From Thalia democratica (lineage: Eukaryota), in contig OZ241829.1 in the NCBI GenBank assembly GCA_965202585.1, forward strand, positions 29,884,001 to 29,948,000: a stretch of DNA of 64,000 nucleotides. The letters are read 5' to 3'. The notes below the pieces were generated by a model. That model saw nothing but the letters and a program-made list of their open reading frames with translations, was not told the DNA's origin and did not search any database. Shown piece by piece: positions 12,501-27,500 of the stretch (position 1 is its first letter; every line of letters begins with the position of its first letter). Position numbers and translations under genes: made by a program.

Positions 12501-15500
12501 AAAACTACAATATATTATAAAAGTAATTTACGATGACACAAACTCTAAATCAGGATTTCTCAAAGTGGGCGATTGTAAAAATGAGCTAAGGAAACCCTGG
12601 TCTAAAGCCCTAAAAAATATTCTGCTAAAATTAAACCAAACATCAAGTTTTCAAACATTTAAACTGTTTTTATTTGCAGAATGCAAGGACCCGCCCGAAC
12701 GATCGACGTCTTCGTGGCAGCTTTCCTACTCACCGCTGAACAACCAACTTCTGACGGGAGCGCAAATCAACTACACTTGCAATTACTTTCACGCGTTTGT
12801 GGGAAACAAGTCGAATATTCTGACTTGTCAAAGCGACGGAAGCTGGTCCCCAGAGTTCCCGTCTGATTGCATTCAAAGTTTTAACTTCAAGCTTTGTTAT
12901 AGTAAAACGAATTATTTAAACTATCTAAACGCTATAGAAAATTAGCTTCGAGTCATTTTTTTCTAATAACTTTTACTAACCTTTTTTTACAGTTTGTGAT
13001 ATAGTTCCCCCTATAGACTACGGTAGGTATGAGTATGAAAATCATGTTGCAACTGAGGCTCTAGGATCGATTTTTGTGCTAGTTGAGTACATTTGTTTTT
13101 CCGGCTACGCTTTTGTTTCAGACTCAACAATTGGCTTCGTAGAATGCTCATACGGTAACGGTTGGCCTGAAAGCACGCAGCTTCCCACATGTAAAAAAGG
13201 TTTAAAAAAGTGTTTGAAGTTGAACTTTTTTATTTCAAGACCAAAAAATTCATCAAAAGTGTTTACAACTTTAAGTTTTTTGTTTAATTTTTTCCTTATA
13301 ATAAATGCTATCTTTTAAATTATTTTTTAAACACATTTTAACTAAAAATTTCAAAAACGCAAAAAAATCAATATTTTTTAGTATGTGACGAGCCACCATC
13401 CATCAGAAACAGCGACAAATACAAACTGTTGAGTTCGGTTGCGTCCGTTGAAGAAAATGTGTTTTTCTTAGGCAGTGATGTTGAGTTAACCTGCAATGAT
13501 GGCCATTTTTCTGTGAATCATATAACACACTGTGATATGAATGGTACTTGGAGCCCGGTGGAAGACTGCTATCCAGGTTTCATGCGTCTTTTGAGTTGAT
13601 TTGAATATATTTTAACTAAGTATGGTTGTTTTTTCATTTAAAAACAGCAATCTGCCTCTTAATTGTTTTGCCGCATAACTTTGCTAGCAATACTTTATTA
13701 TTAAAAAAAGCTTACTTTCAACATTCAACACTAACTTAGTAATAACGTTTTTGACCCCCAACAACAATCCAATTGTCCTGGTTTTGTCTTCGTAACGACT
13801 CATCAGGCAGACAATAAATGCATAATATTTTAGTTGAAAATGCTTTTATGTACCTTCTTTAAAAACTAATTTATGTACGCACAGCTTTAAAATGCTATTT
13901 TGTAAAAAAAAATTAAGTAGAGAAAAATAAAGATATCCGAATGTAAAATTATATTTATATATTATACTGAACTTTTTTTTCTTATGTTATGATTTATATA
14001 GAGAAGAAGCCTAGGTAGTCAATTAATTAGTGGGCTAGATGCTAAAAATTTGAATGAGGCATATCTTAAAGAAAAGTTAAAACTCAAAAAATTAAATACA
14101 GCAGAAATAAAGAGGAAAAATAAAAAAGTTAACCAAGGGTAAAAAACTTGTAGCTTTTTATTTTGTCTATACATAAAGCTAAGTAAAATCGTTTAAAAAT
14201 GTATGCATTTTTAAATTGGCCCTGCATCAAAATTTTAACTTCAAAAAAATTAGATTTAAAACAAGAAAAATTATCAATGTTAGTACTTGAGTTCTTTTTA
14301 AGATTATTATCTAATAAATACATTTATTTTAAGTACAATTTTTATTAGCTTAAGCCTTAAGCTATACAAACTAAAAAAAACAAATAGGCCAAAATAGTAA
14401 AGTTCTCTTAAAACGCCTGTATTTCAACATGCCACGGTTCTTCTTACCTCCTGTTAATTTCCGCACTTTTAACCTGAGTTTAATTTGAAAAATTAAACTG
14501 CAGATTAGTGTAATTTAAGTAGATGTTTTAAATCGAGTTTTTTGAACTTTTGATAGTTTAGTTTTTGTTATAAATTTAGATAATATAATAGAGAACTAAA
14601 TAAAAGTTCAAACTATAAAAACTTTAAAAAAAAGTGTATCAAAGCTTGAATATAAAATGTTTATCCGTTTCCTTTTGTAAAGATTATTTGTTTTTAAAGT
14701 AAGATAAATCGTCGTTTCACAACAAAATCACTCAGTTGCAAACTGCATAGCTATTACACTTTAAGATAAAAATTTAAAAATTAGAAACAATGTATGTAGG
14801 TTTTGACTGTTTTTAAATCTCAACTGCTCTTAAATCTGTCAAACCTAAATACTTTTACAGACTGTAAAATTTCACCTGACATTTATAACTCGACGAAAAA
14901 AGTCACTAAGTATCTTCGCTTGAACGACACTGTTTCACTGGAATCGGTCGTGGAGTACACCTGTAACAAAGACTTTTTTGTCATTCCTTCGAGCACCGAC
15001 GATACCACCTACAGGTGTATTGACGGCGGAAACTGGACTTACAACGAATTTAAATGTCTAAGAGGTTTTTAATTCTAATTTCGGCTGATAAATTAAGCAA
15101 TTTCGTATAGCTTTGTGATAAGTTGCAAAGCAACAACATTTATTTGATAACTTGTATATCTTTTTTATATTATAAAGTAAACACTTTCTGTAAATATTTA
15201 GAATGCCCACCTTTTAATGTTACCACTGGGCTGTTGGTAACAAACCAAACAGAATCCGATGACTCGAGATACGCATCAGGCTTTACTTTATCGTTTGCAT
15301 GTGAAGACGGTCTAGTTTTAAGCGATCCAGATTCGAGTGAAGCATTTTGCAACGAAGATGGAAGTTGGAATATAACTTTTCCTACCTGTAAAAGAAGTTA
15401 GCTGAGTTAATTATGTAAACTGTAAACTAGTAAACTAAATTTTAAATCTTTTATATCATACACTGTTTTGTTTTTGCCATCATTATACTTTTATTATTTT

Positions 15501-18500
15501 TAATACACGCATGTTTTTTGTAATTTACATTCTGCTTTATTACATTTCTAATTTGTTTTTAGCGTGCCCGACACCCGGGATCACCGAACTTAAAAACGGC
15601 CGGTTCCGCATCAACAGGTACGTGAGAGCAGGCTACTTTCTCGTTACTGACATTGTAGAGTACACTTGCGACCAAAACTACATGTTTCACATCGGAAACC
15701 AGAGCGACTACTTGTTCGAATGCTCTCAAGACGGAAACTGGCACAACTCCGAATCGGGAAACAACTTGCAAACAGTGACACCGCTCTGCATTACTCGTTA
15801 GAAATTTTTATTCAGAAGAGCAATATGTTTAATAATACTTTAGTCCCACCTGTCTTATTTGTTCAAAAGTATCGAATCTAGTTATAGTATGTTTAATTTC
15901 TAGAGTGTTCTGACCCGCCCGCAGGAGCAAATGTGTTTAGTAATATTTCGTTTACTCATATTAAACGTGAATTTTGGTCGCATACGGAATTGACTTATCA
16001 GTGCGAACCTAGACACAGCTTTAAATGGGGTGAAAAAAGCACTCGTGTTTGTGGGGGCGATGGAAATTGGGACAACAATAATGCACCAATATGTGTCCCA
16101 GGTAAGCTAACTTTTTATCTCAGGTATAACTAAATATCAAACACATAAAAATAAAACATTAATTCAAGTGTGTGAAGACCCTCCAACTGTTGATAATTCA
16201 GTACTAAATGAAGTAAACAGCGTATTACTTCAATCTGGTGATTATTTTACAAATATTTATGAGTATGCTTGCAAAAACAACTACCACATTGATGACATAT
16301 CAAAAATGGTCATTAGCTGCCAATCGGGTTCAGCAACTTGGAATTACACATCCTTACCTGTTTGCTTGAAAGGTTTGTTTTACATTAATCATGTAAAATA
16401 TTTGAATTGTAACTATTGTTTTTACAGTTTGCGACTCATTACCAACTGTTGAGAACTCCGAAAACAGTTACACAACTCCAATTATTAAAGAGGGAAATTA
16501 TGTAAACGGAACAACAGTTACATACACCTGCAGTAATAATTACGTACAAAATGGAAAATATATTGTCTGTGGTGTTGATGGTACTTGGTCTGGAAAAGTA
16601 GAATGTTATCCAGGTAACCAACTTCTCATACTTTTTTTTTCCAAAGGTACTAAAACAAATACTTTAATTTCTGCTGTATAAATATTTGTACCTTTATCAT
16701 AAATGAATATTAAAAATACAGTCTCTTGTAAAAGTATATAAAGTTCTAGTTTTTAGTACCTTATTAACCTTTGCACACATTTTTGGGAGAATTTTTGTTA
16801 GAATGTTATAATGGTCTATTCATTGTATCGTATGCAGTATCTCACTGTAAGCAAAAAAAAAACGTTTGTAAATTTCATCCAAAAGTATCTATTTACAGAT
16901 TGTGGAACGTCACCAACTATACTAAATTCGCGGAAAAACGTTAAAAAAACAATAGTTGTAAGCGACACTGTAACGTTAGAGTCTGAAGTTCAGTATACTT
17001 GTGATATAAACTACAGAAGTAACCCATCAACTGCTACTAGAACATACACTTGTGAAAACGGTGGCAACTTTACACACACACAATTTGAATGTCTAAGAGG
17101 TAAAGTTTTAAAAAGTAAACTGAAGCTTTATGCATATTTAATTTTAAAATCACTATACTCTAAGTTTATTTCTCAACCTGAACACTTAAGTAAAGTAGAA
17201 CAAGAACTGTTTAAATTGATAGTGTGAGCAAAACTTTTTTTAAATTTGAAATTGTAACTGAGACAATGATTTTGTTTGAAGTTTTAAAATTATATAATTA
17301 TTAGTTACTAGTAGAGTCTTTTTTTTCGTTTTTTTTTTTTTGCATTTATAAAGGTTAAAAAAAAAAGAAACTGTCTGATAGCTAGACGTATATTTGAGTG
17401 CTTTAAAACTAACGAGCAATAATAGTAAAAATGTTCAGCGAATATTTATTATTCAACAGATGTTTCGTTATAACTATTAGTTTTTCAACTACAATAAAAT
17501 GATAAGATCAAAATCATTTTTTAAGGGCATAGGGGAGTTCACCTTGATTTTTACAAGTTAATCTTATTTTATAGAGTTTTATCTGAGCTATCAGACACTT
17601 TCAAGTGCCTAAAAAACACAAATTAACTTTTGAGATATAATCGATCAGAGTCGGTGTGCTCAATAGGTTCCATATGGAAGGAGCAAACCAAAAACGAGGA
17701 AAAAACTATTTCATTTAAAATCTGCCTTCTACTTAATTTTTAACTAATCTTCTTTAAACTTTTACAGTATGTCCATTACAAAATTGTAATTAAGTTTAAT
17801 GAAGATTTTTTTTTACTTTTGAAAAATAAAGTTATTATCAAAATTAAAACGACTTATTTTTTTTTTTATTAGTTTTTGTTTTCATATATTTTTGAAACTG
17901 CAACATTTAAAATTCTTTTAAACATTAAAAAAAGTTTTAAGGTCTCTAGCTCAAAAGTTGGAGAATAAGATAGACTTTTAACGATTTTTAAAGTTTCCCA
18001 GAAAATTGACCCTGAAAAAATTGCGGTCCATATGTTTGTATCGGAAACTTTTTTACAAAAAATACAGTATCTCAAAATTTGTATAAGATTTTCAAATTCT
18101 ATAAAAACTGGCTCGTAGTTTGTATTTAAAGCTTTGTTTTTATTTGTAAAAAAATATGTTTAAACCCTATATGCCCTTAATCCAAATAAAAACTATGAGT
18201 AATTAGTGTTTTTACAACTAATTAGTTTTTGATAAATAAAGCTTTAAAATAGTTAATCAAAAAAGTAATTAAGTATTATTAAGTTGTTATTAAAAATTCA
18301 TAGCAACCAAAATTTTAGGTCTTTAACCTTTAAAACTATTTATGAGTGACTATTAATTGTTATACAAAAACAAGACTATTAAGATGTATAACAAAAATAT
18401 ACACAAAAAGTTATTCGAAAATTAAATTAAAATGAAATAAATTTTAAGTAAGACAACTTGAAATGCGGACATAAAGTAGAAAGTTTAGTTCTTAAGTTCA

Positions 18501-21500
18501 AAGATTTTCCTCTTCATAAACTAGAGTAACATGCTACTAAACAAAATATAGAATGCCCATCTGTCCCCACAAGTGATGATGCATTATCATATGTTGTATC
18601 AAATGTGATAGAAGAAGGAACACTTTTTAGTGGAACTGTAATTAAATTTTCTTGTATCACTGGTCGTCCGATTAACAATGACGGATTAACAATCAATGAA
18701 TGTCTTGATAATGGAGAATGGGAGTCACCATTTCCATATTGCTTAAAAAGTTTGTCATTTCTTTTAGTTCTTTCATGATCAGTGATATCAAATAAAACTT
18801 CTAATTGAAACAAATTTCTAATTATCGCATATATATAGTGTCTTGAATAAACGCTAATAATTCTTTCCTTTTTTTCATCAAAATACCTGTTGAATCAGTT
18901 TTTAAATAAAAACTTTAGAATGTCCCGATCCCCCTGAAGGTTCTTCAGTGTCCTGGAGTATCACTTCAAGTCTGGTAGCTGATGAGTTTTGGAGCGAAAC
19001 TGTAATTACTTACGAATGTAACCCAATGCATGGTTTTGCGTGGCTTGAAAACAGTGTCCGCGTCTGTGGAAAAGATGGTAATTGGGACGACAATACCGCA
19101 CCAAAGTGTACTCCGTGTAAGTAGAAACTTAAAAAAGTATAGTTTGTTCAAGGTTTTGTTTTTTTTTCTTAGACTTATAATTAAAAGTAATTTAAAGTTT
19201 ACGTGAATGTATTTCGAACTGTCTTTACTTACGATTATCAAAAACCATGCCTAGTGTTATTTTTTAGAAAATATTTTGCTTCTTTTTTATCCAGTAGAAT
19301 TCAAATAAGTCAAGTCTAAATAGTGTATGTTTTTAATTATTTTAGTATGTGAAACCCCACCGACCGTGCCGAACTCAAATGTGAGTGAGTCTTATAACAA
19401 GTTGTCCGATGGTAGTGTCACTTCTAGTTCTGCTCAGTATCTCTGCCACCCAGGGTATTACATCGATGACGAATCAAACAGCGATTTTCAGTGCACTTCT
19501 GACGGTATTTGGTCGCCGGAAGAGTTACCCGTCTGTTTAAAAGGTTACACAACTTATTAATTGTTTTATTGTTTGTGTGCAACAATATTAGCACCTGCAA
19601 GGTGTTTTGTAGCAAAATAAGCTTAGCAGATTCCATTAAAGTAATTTTCTGTAGTGTGCGACAATTTACCAACTGTGAGCAATTCAAATGGCCCTATTAA
19701 ATCAAATGAGAACGTAAGAGATGGCAATTATCTAAACGGAACGACATTTGAATTTGAATGTCATGAACATTACGTTCAAAGTTATAAAGAAGTTACTTGT
19801 GGCGTCGATGGAAAATGGACACCTCTAATCGAATGTGTACCAAGTAAATAATAACATTAAAACATTAATTAATAATATTTGGTATAAAAGATTTAAATCA
19901 TACTTTACAGACTGTGGAGACTTTACAGAAATCGTAAACGGGCACTTGGCAAATTATTCAGAAACTTTGCTTTCAATTGACGGTTCATTGGTAGGCTATC
20001 CACAAACGCTAAGATATGCGTGTAACGAAGGTTACGCAACGAACCCGGGTACAGAAACAGTACTGAATTGCAATGGACTAACAGGAGCTTTTGAACCTGC
20101 ACTACCCGAGTGCTTCAGAAGTTAGCAAACCCCTATAAAAAGTTGTGTTCAGCTGGTATCAGTATTTAGTGTAGTTATTTTTTTGTATACTTATTTCACT
20201 ATAGTTTGTTTGAAACCTTAATTTGATGTTCAGTTTTTAGCCATTGCATGCTTAAGTACTTAAAGGTTTAGTAAAGCAGTTTACTTTGTAAGGCTCCCAA
20301 TGTTTCACCATATTAAATTATGATTTTTTTTTGAAGCTGATGATTGTACACCGATTAAGGTTGTTCTCATTTTAAAACTTATAAATGAGCTTTGATTTAT
20401 TTTGCTCCTTCAAAATATTCTTAAAAGTTTTAAAGTTTCTAAGTAGCAAATTAACTTAGTTTTAAACTCATAAACTTGCAGAATGTGAAGACCCACCGTT
20501 AGTTGACAAGGCAAATCATTCAACTCACGATATTTATCTGTCGCCCGTTTCTATTGTGTACACTTGCATCACAGGATTAACTCTTTTACCTAGGACTGAT
20601 ACTACAGTTACTTGCACTGACCATGGATCTTGGTCTGGAGTCCTTGGAAAATGCTACTATGGTTCGTTGCTATTTTGAATAACTTCAAAGATTTTAAACT
20701 CTTAAGAATTTTATACTAAAGCATTCAAAACCAGTGAATGGTAATTTACAAGATTTAATAATTTTAAACCAGATAACTTTTTTCGGCATGAACTTTAACA
20801 TCACTACATAAATAATAATTTTGGATTTAATATACAGGAAAGTAGAACTTTCTGTAAGCAAATATCGTGATCATTTCTTGTAGCACATATTTAAACAAAC
20901 TAAAATTTATAAATATTTTTATATTTAATTAAAATAAAAGTACTTTACTGAAAAATTTGAATATTTAATATTGTAGGTTTGATTAAACCATATAAATCTA
21001 AATACTTTTGTAGTATATTAGCAAAAAAAAGTTTTACTATTTTTCATAAATTATAAATCACATAATAAACTATTGCTTAATCTTTCTAGAAGATACATTG
21101 TAAAAAAAGTTCAAATAGACATTAGCGCAAGAAATTAAACTTAAACAAGTTTAAACTGTTCAAAAAATTATTAATTTATTTATATTTATTAGTTAAGTAT
21201 TGACAAGTACTTCATTTTTAAATAAAAAAGAACAATCTTTTATTTAAGAGTAAAATTTAACTTTTTGTAATTATGACTTTTTTAGAAATTTCCGTTGCGT
21301 AGATTTTAGAAAGTTTCGATTATATAACTCTTTAGCTTATATCAAATAACTTTTTGACTTTCTTTTCAAACAGTTAAAAATCAAATTAAATCTGAAATTT
21401 TATTATGTCTTATTTATTTAAAAAATCTATTTATTTTGTTACACATATGCCTAAAAATACTACCGTGAGTTTATACTTTTATAGACTTTTTTCTGTTTAA

Positions 21501-24500
21501 AAAAAGCAGCTGTAGTAAACTATGTAGCTTTAAAGTTTATTATTTAGGTTTTTTACATAGTTTTTCAACATTAAAACGTTTATAAGCATTAGTTTTTACA
21601 GTTATTTAAATAAAGATATTTTTAGAATGTCCTAACCCGCCTAACAGCGATCTTTTAAAATGGACTATTTTACATTCGGAAATACCAGATGAAATTTGGT
21701 CGGGTTCAGAAATAACGTACACGTGCATACTTTCTCATAGCTTCAAATCAGGTGAGAGCATAACTCGCGCTTGTGACAGCGAAGGAAATTGGAATGACAG
21801 TAATCCACCAAAATGTGTCCCAGGTAAGCTGACATTTTATTTAAGATGTAACTAAATGTCCAAAAAAATAATAAAACATCAATTCAAGTGTGTGAAGACC
21901 CTCCAACTGTTGATAATTCAGTGCTAATTGAAGTAAACAGCGTATTACTTCAATCTGGTGATTATTTTACAAATATTTATGAGTATGCTTGCAAAAACAA
22001 CTACCACATTGATGACATATCAAAAATGGTCATTAGCTGCCAATCGGGTTCAGCAACTTGGAATTACACATCCTTACCTGTTTGCTTGAAAGGTTTGTTT
22101 TACATTAATCATGTAAAATGTTTGAATTGTAACTATTGTTTTTACAGTTTGCGATTCTTTACCAACGGTTAATAACTCTGAATTCATATATTCAACTCCA
22201 ATTATTAAAGAAGGAAATTATGTAAACGGAACCATAGTTACATACACCTGTAATGATGATAACAAACAAAATGGAAAAGATATTATCTGTGGTGTTGATG
22301 GTACTTGGTCTGGAAAAGTAGAATGTATTCCTGGTAAAAAAACGCTGTCTTTCATTTTTCGACGCACATTGTAATCTGTGTCGTACTTTGATTTTTGTAA
22401 AAACACATAAAGTATTTTTGTTCTTTTGAATGATACTAACAAATTGTGTTAAGTGTATTAATATTACAGACTGTGGAAAGTCGCAAAGCATTCCAAACTC
22501 AAAAAAGAAAGTCGTCAGCACAATCACTTTAGAAGATGGTTCAGTACTAGAGTCCGTTATACAGTATACTTGCGTTAAAGATTACATAACTACCCCACAG
22601 AATGCTGATAGAACTTACACTTGTGTGAATGGTGGCAACTTTACTTACACAAAGTTTCAATGTCTAAAAGGTTTTTTCTTTTAATTAGTACTTTGTAAAA
22701 ATGCTCAGTTTCAAGTTTACTTATAAAGTTTTAGAGAAACTGGTTCTTTTAAAACTGTTTTGCAATAGGTTCACTTTAAATTAGTTATCTATAAGAAACA
22801 AATTTACAAAATTCGTATTTCAAATATATCACTTTCGGACCAAAAGTTTTTAACTTTCGGACCAAAAAAAGTAAATGATAATCTTTCAAACGGGTTTTAC
22901 TTGTCTCAATCAATTTTCAACGTTGTTTTTTACAAGTCGGTGTAATTACTAAAAATTTTCTTGCAGAGTGTTTGAGTGATGAAATAAGTTTGCCTTTAAC
23001 TTTCAATGTTGATACTGCAATAGAAGAAGGATTACTTCTTAGTGGGACTGTAATAAGACTATCCTGTGAAGGTGGCTATTCACTTAGCAATTCAGCATTA
23101 GAGCTAAACAAGTGTCTTCCCAATGGAAAATGGGAACTTGTTTTCCCAACTTGCGTACCAGGTATGTTAGTTATTTAATTAGATGATAGATAAGATTACA
23201 TTAAATAGAACAAAATATTTAGTTTTGTTTGACAAACAATTCTTTAAAACTCTCAAAACTTTAGACTGTGGAAGCCCAGCTATTAAGAATGGAAATTACA
23301 TCACGTTGTCGAGCAAAGAAATTTTAGTTAACGGAGTGACAACGCTTCTGCCTCATTTCGTTAAATACTCTTGCAACAAAGGTTACGCCTTAAGGTCACC
23401 TGACTTTGCAAATTCGACCTGCAACGGAGAAAGTGGAAATTTTGAACCGGAGATAAAGTGTTTAACATGTAAGAAAAGCCACTTTGAAATGCAATAAAAT
23501 GTAGTTCAAACAAAATATTCAAGTTTGCTGTTAAGATAATGCATAACCATTAACTTAATTTAAATTTATCAAAAGTGCATTCAGAAAAACCAACTTTTTT
23601 CTTTCAGATTGCGGTGACCCTCCAAACATACCAAACACGTGGTTAATTGTATCTCCAATTAGAAGTATAGTAGGTGAGCGAGTTATTTATGTTTGCAAAA
23701 TTCAAATATTCTTGCCGCAGAAATTAGAAACAAAATTCTGTATGGAAAATGGAAAATGGGAGCCGGAGGGAGGAAAATGTTACACAAGTATGTATTCAAT
23801 TTAATCGACATATCTCAAAGTTTTAGCAAAAGCGTTACTTTATTCCAGTAGATTAATATAGCCATGCATGTCCATAACTACTCGTTTCATACTTTTTATT
23901 TTTTTCTAAATTAAAAACCCTTACTTGTGTAGTGATGTCATCAATGTTACTCCAGGCCAAAGGTGTGTTACAAATCCTGGTCCAATTTCGAACGCAGCTT
24001 ACACTGTAACCAAATGGATTTACGATGATAACCGAGAGGGTATATGGTTTGGTGGCACGGAAATTGAATGGAAATGTGACCCCGGCTGGACCATGACCCC
24101 GGACAGCTTTTATGGCCAGTTGTGTGGAGTCGGCTGGAGATCTTTGTACAGGGATGGGCGGAGTGATATAGATGAAGTAAAAAAAGGAAAATGTGTTAGA
24201 GGTAAAAATTTACAAGCCGTTTTGTGTTTTAATATCAGTACGTTCGATCTTTAAAAATAAGTATTTATTTAAAAATAATACAATTATTATAGTATAAGCA
24301 TTTAATCTATTTAGCTTTTTAATTTTTGTGTTCTTTTCAAACTAATTTAGATTGTGGAGCCTTTCCTACAATCGAAAATGGCATAAAGCGGGTTATTAAT
24401 AGCACAATAGTTAATTCTACTTACTCGATTGAGTTGGTAGTTTCGTACAAATGTAAAGAATTGTACTTCTGGACTGGCGGTCAGACGACCACCATAAACT

Positions 24501-27500
24501 GTCAACAAACCTCCGACGGCACTTACGACAGCGACATCGGAAGATGCGTGCCGTGTAAGTTGCTTATCACATCAGTTTTACTTGCACTTCAGCATATCTC
24601 AAGTTAAGCCTTTCAAAACTAGCAGCGGGTAATTAAAAAATGCCTGTTCAATTCATTTTATTAAAGATAATTAGTGCAAATCAAACAAATTACTAGTTTT
24701 TTTAACCAAAAGTATTTTGAATGTGCCATAAAATTTATTTTTATGTTACGATGATTCTTGTTAAAGGACTTTTCATTTAAAGTTTAACTTTGAGGGGGAT
24801 TTTGTATTTTTTTTTTAAACACGTTCGATTATAGTAAGTACGTTTTGTATTAAAAGACTGTTAACGCTTCTCTACTTCTGTAGCATGTGCACCAGAGTTG
24901 CCTATGTCCATAGAAAATGGAAATGTTGAAGTATTCCAATCTTACCCGCCGAGCTACACGGCTTATAGAACGAGTTTCAAGTATGTTTGCTACGAAAACT
25001 ACAAGCTTTCTACTTCGTTCAACGAAATTACTTGTGGTGCTGACGGATGGAACAATCAGGTGACTCAGCCCAGATGTCTAAAAGGTGAGGCTTTCGCTCG
25101 AAAATTAGCAGCTATAAAGATAAATAAAACTTAAAATACTAAACTGAAACAAAACAGAATGCCAGCCTCCAGGCGTACTTTCAAACGGCAAAATTACCAT
25201 CGACCGAGTTCGAGAAGGTTACATCCTGAGCGGTGACGTCATAAAATACAGTTGCGATGTGGGTTTCCAGTTTCACGAGGGAGATGAAACAGACTACGTC
25301 AACGAATGTCAAGGAGACGGCAGCTGGAGCAACACAAGAGTTCCATTCTGCGTCAAAAGTATTTTGTCAGATCCAAACGTTATTTAAGTCGATATTTTCT
25401 TCAAATTTTTAATTTTCAATGTGTTTTTAGAATGCCCCAATCCACCCGAAGGCCAAAGATCATCGTATGAAATTTCATTCACGCATATTAAAGATGAATA
25501 TTGGACTGACACAAAAGTGACATATGCGTGCAATGCTGGCTACACTTTGTTTTGGGAACATTACGTTTATCAGACATTGGAACGTGTTTGCACCAGTGAT
25601 GGGGTTTGGGATGACAACACAGCTCCAAAATGCGTTCCAAGTTTGTAGTTTTATAACACGAAAGTTTATTCATCACATTTGAACTTTGAAGCATAAAAAC
25701 AAAATAAAGTTGGCTGGTATATTTTCTAACTAAATAAATATAAAATGAAGCTCTAATGTAACAAAAGAAAAAAAATGTTAATATTCAAATAGCGTGTGAA
25801 GTTCCACCATTCTTGGACAATTCGTATATTAAAGAAATAAACGCAACTCACGTGGAATACTGGTGCATTAGAGGTTATTACATCAGAGGCGCGGACAACA
25901 GGCTCTTTGGATGTCAGAAGGCTGAGTCTGGAGATTTTTGGTATCCTTCAAAATTACCTACATGCCTCCCAGGTATTTTCAAACTAGTTAACATTTGCTC
26001 ACGTTTAAAATTTTTGATTAAAACGACCTGATATTTTCAGGCTGTGGTGTAAACCCCGTGGTTCCAAATTCGAGTGGGAGTAAAGCCGTAGTGAATAATT
26101 CTGTGGTCATTGATAATGAAGTCTTTTTCACACACGGCGCCAAGATTGAATACACGTGCAACAACAACTATGGCTCTCGGTATTCACAGACAACTTGCAA
26201 CAGAAACGGAGAATGGTCACATGAAGTCATATGCGTTCCAGGTTAAAACAAATTCATAATAAGAAAAAAAATTCTACAGTTTTGTTGAAACACACTTTTT
26301 AACAGACTGCGGTCAGCCTACTCAAATACAAAATGGGGTCGTAGAGAAGTCGATTGACGGAAATAGCTTTAGTATCAATTCAGAAGACTTACCTTATTAC
26401 CAAAATAACTTTCCTCAAACGGCACTGTACACTTGCCACCAGTTCCATTCAATGCGACCAGGAACAGATAATCAAGTTGAATGTAGCACAACAACTTTTA
26501 TGTTCGAGCCGTCTGCCCCTGATTGCTTACCTGGTAGTTTATCGACATGTTTTAACAATCGTTATAATTGACCTTCGGGTTTTCAGTTTTTACTGTATAA
26601 GTTTATATGTTTTTTTCACAGAATGCCCAGACCCACCAACGTTTAAAAAAGCAAGTTTCACAAAAGAAGATAAATACTTACCTGGTTCAACCGTAGAGTA
26701 CACTTGCGAAAAAGATTACTCGTTCTTACCCGAGGGAAAAAACACAATTTCTTGCGCTGAAAACGGAACTTGGACCTTGAATCTCGGCATATGTTACTCT
26801 AGTTTGTTTCCGGTTTTTTTTTAATAACCCGCTTCTACATCTGAATATTTTTTGTAATGCGCTTGCTTACTTATTAAAAGTTTAAACGCTCGATATCTAA
26901 TTGATAGTTTTTTTACACAATTATAGACAAATTATTGTGCAATTAAAGCTATGCTCATAAGACTATAAATTAACTTAAGGTTTTAGTATAACAAAGCTAA
27001 ACATACTTTAGACGTACGGTGCAAAGAATACACGTTTGAAAATCTTGAAAACTCGGATCCGAAATTTATTTGGATACACTCCCCCTACTACCTGCCTGGC
27101 ACTGAAGTGAGGTATGAGTGCCTTCCTGATTACGTGAAAGCGCCATCGTATTACAAAGGAGTTGTTTGCGGCGAGGACGGTCAGTGGCAACCAGTGACTA
27201 CGAACAGTTTGCACACATCGGCTTCTTGTATAGCAGGTTTAATGTTTAACTTTGTTTTTTAAGTTTCAAACTTACAAGTGCTAAAAAAACTTTTAAGACT
27301 TAGCGTTTAAAATATGGTTAGACTATTATATAAAAAAACAAATGTAAGCTAAATTAATTTTTGATTCTTGCTGCTTTACTTTAAATCAAGCAGTTATTTT
27401 TTTACAAGTTTTTTGTTTAAAATGTTTTAAGAACTGTTCATATTCAAAACATTCATGGTGTTTGAACCACTAAAAACCGTATTTGTGCATTAACTTTTTA

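Larger units (their letters stand above)
16092..16613 (+). repeat. Near-identical segment, copy 1 (partner 21813-22333)
   Basis: Exon 36 and the following 55-nt intron differ from the partner by 3 nt in total. Confidence 0.9.
21813..22333 (+). repeat. Near-identical segment, copy 2
   Basis: Offset 5720 nt from copy 1. Confidence 0.9.
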
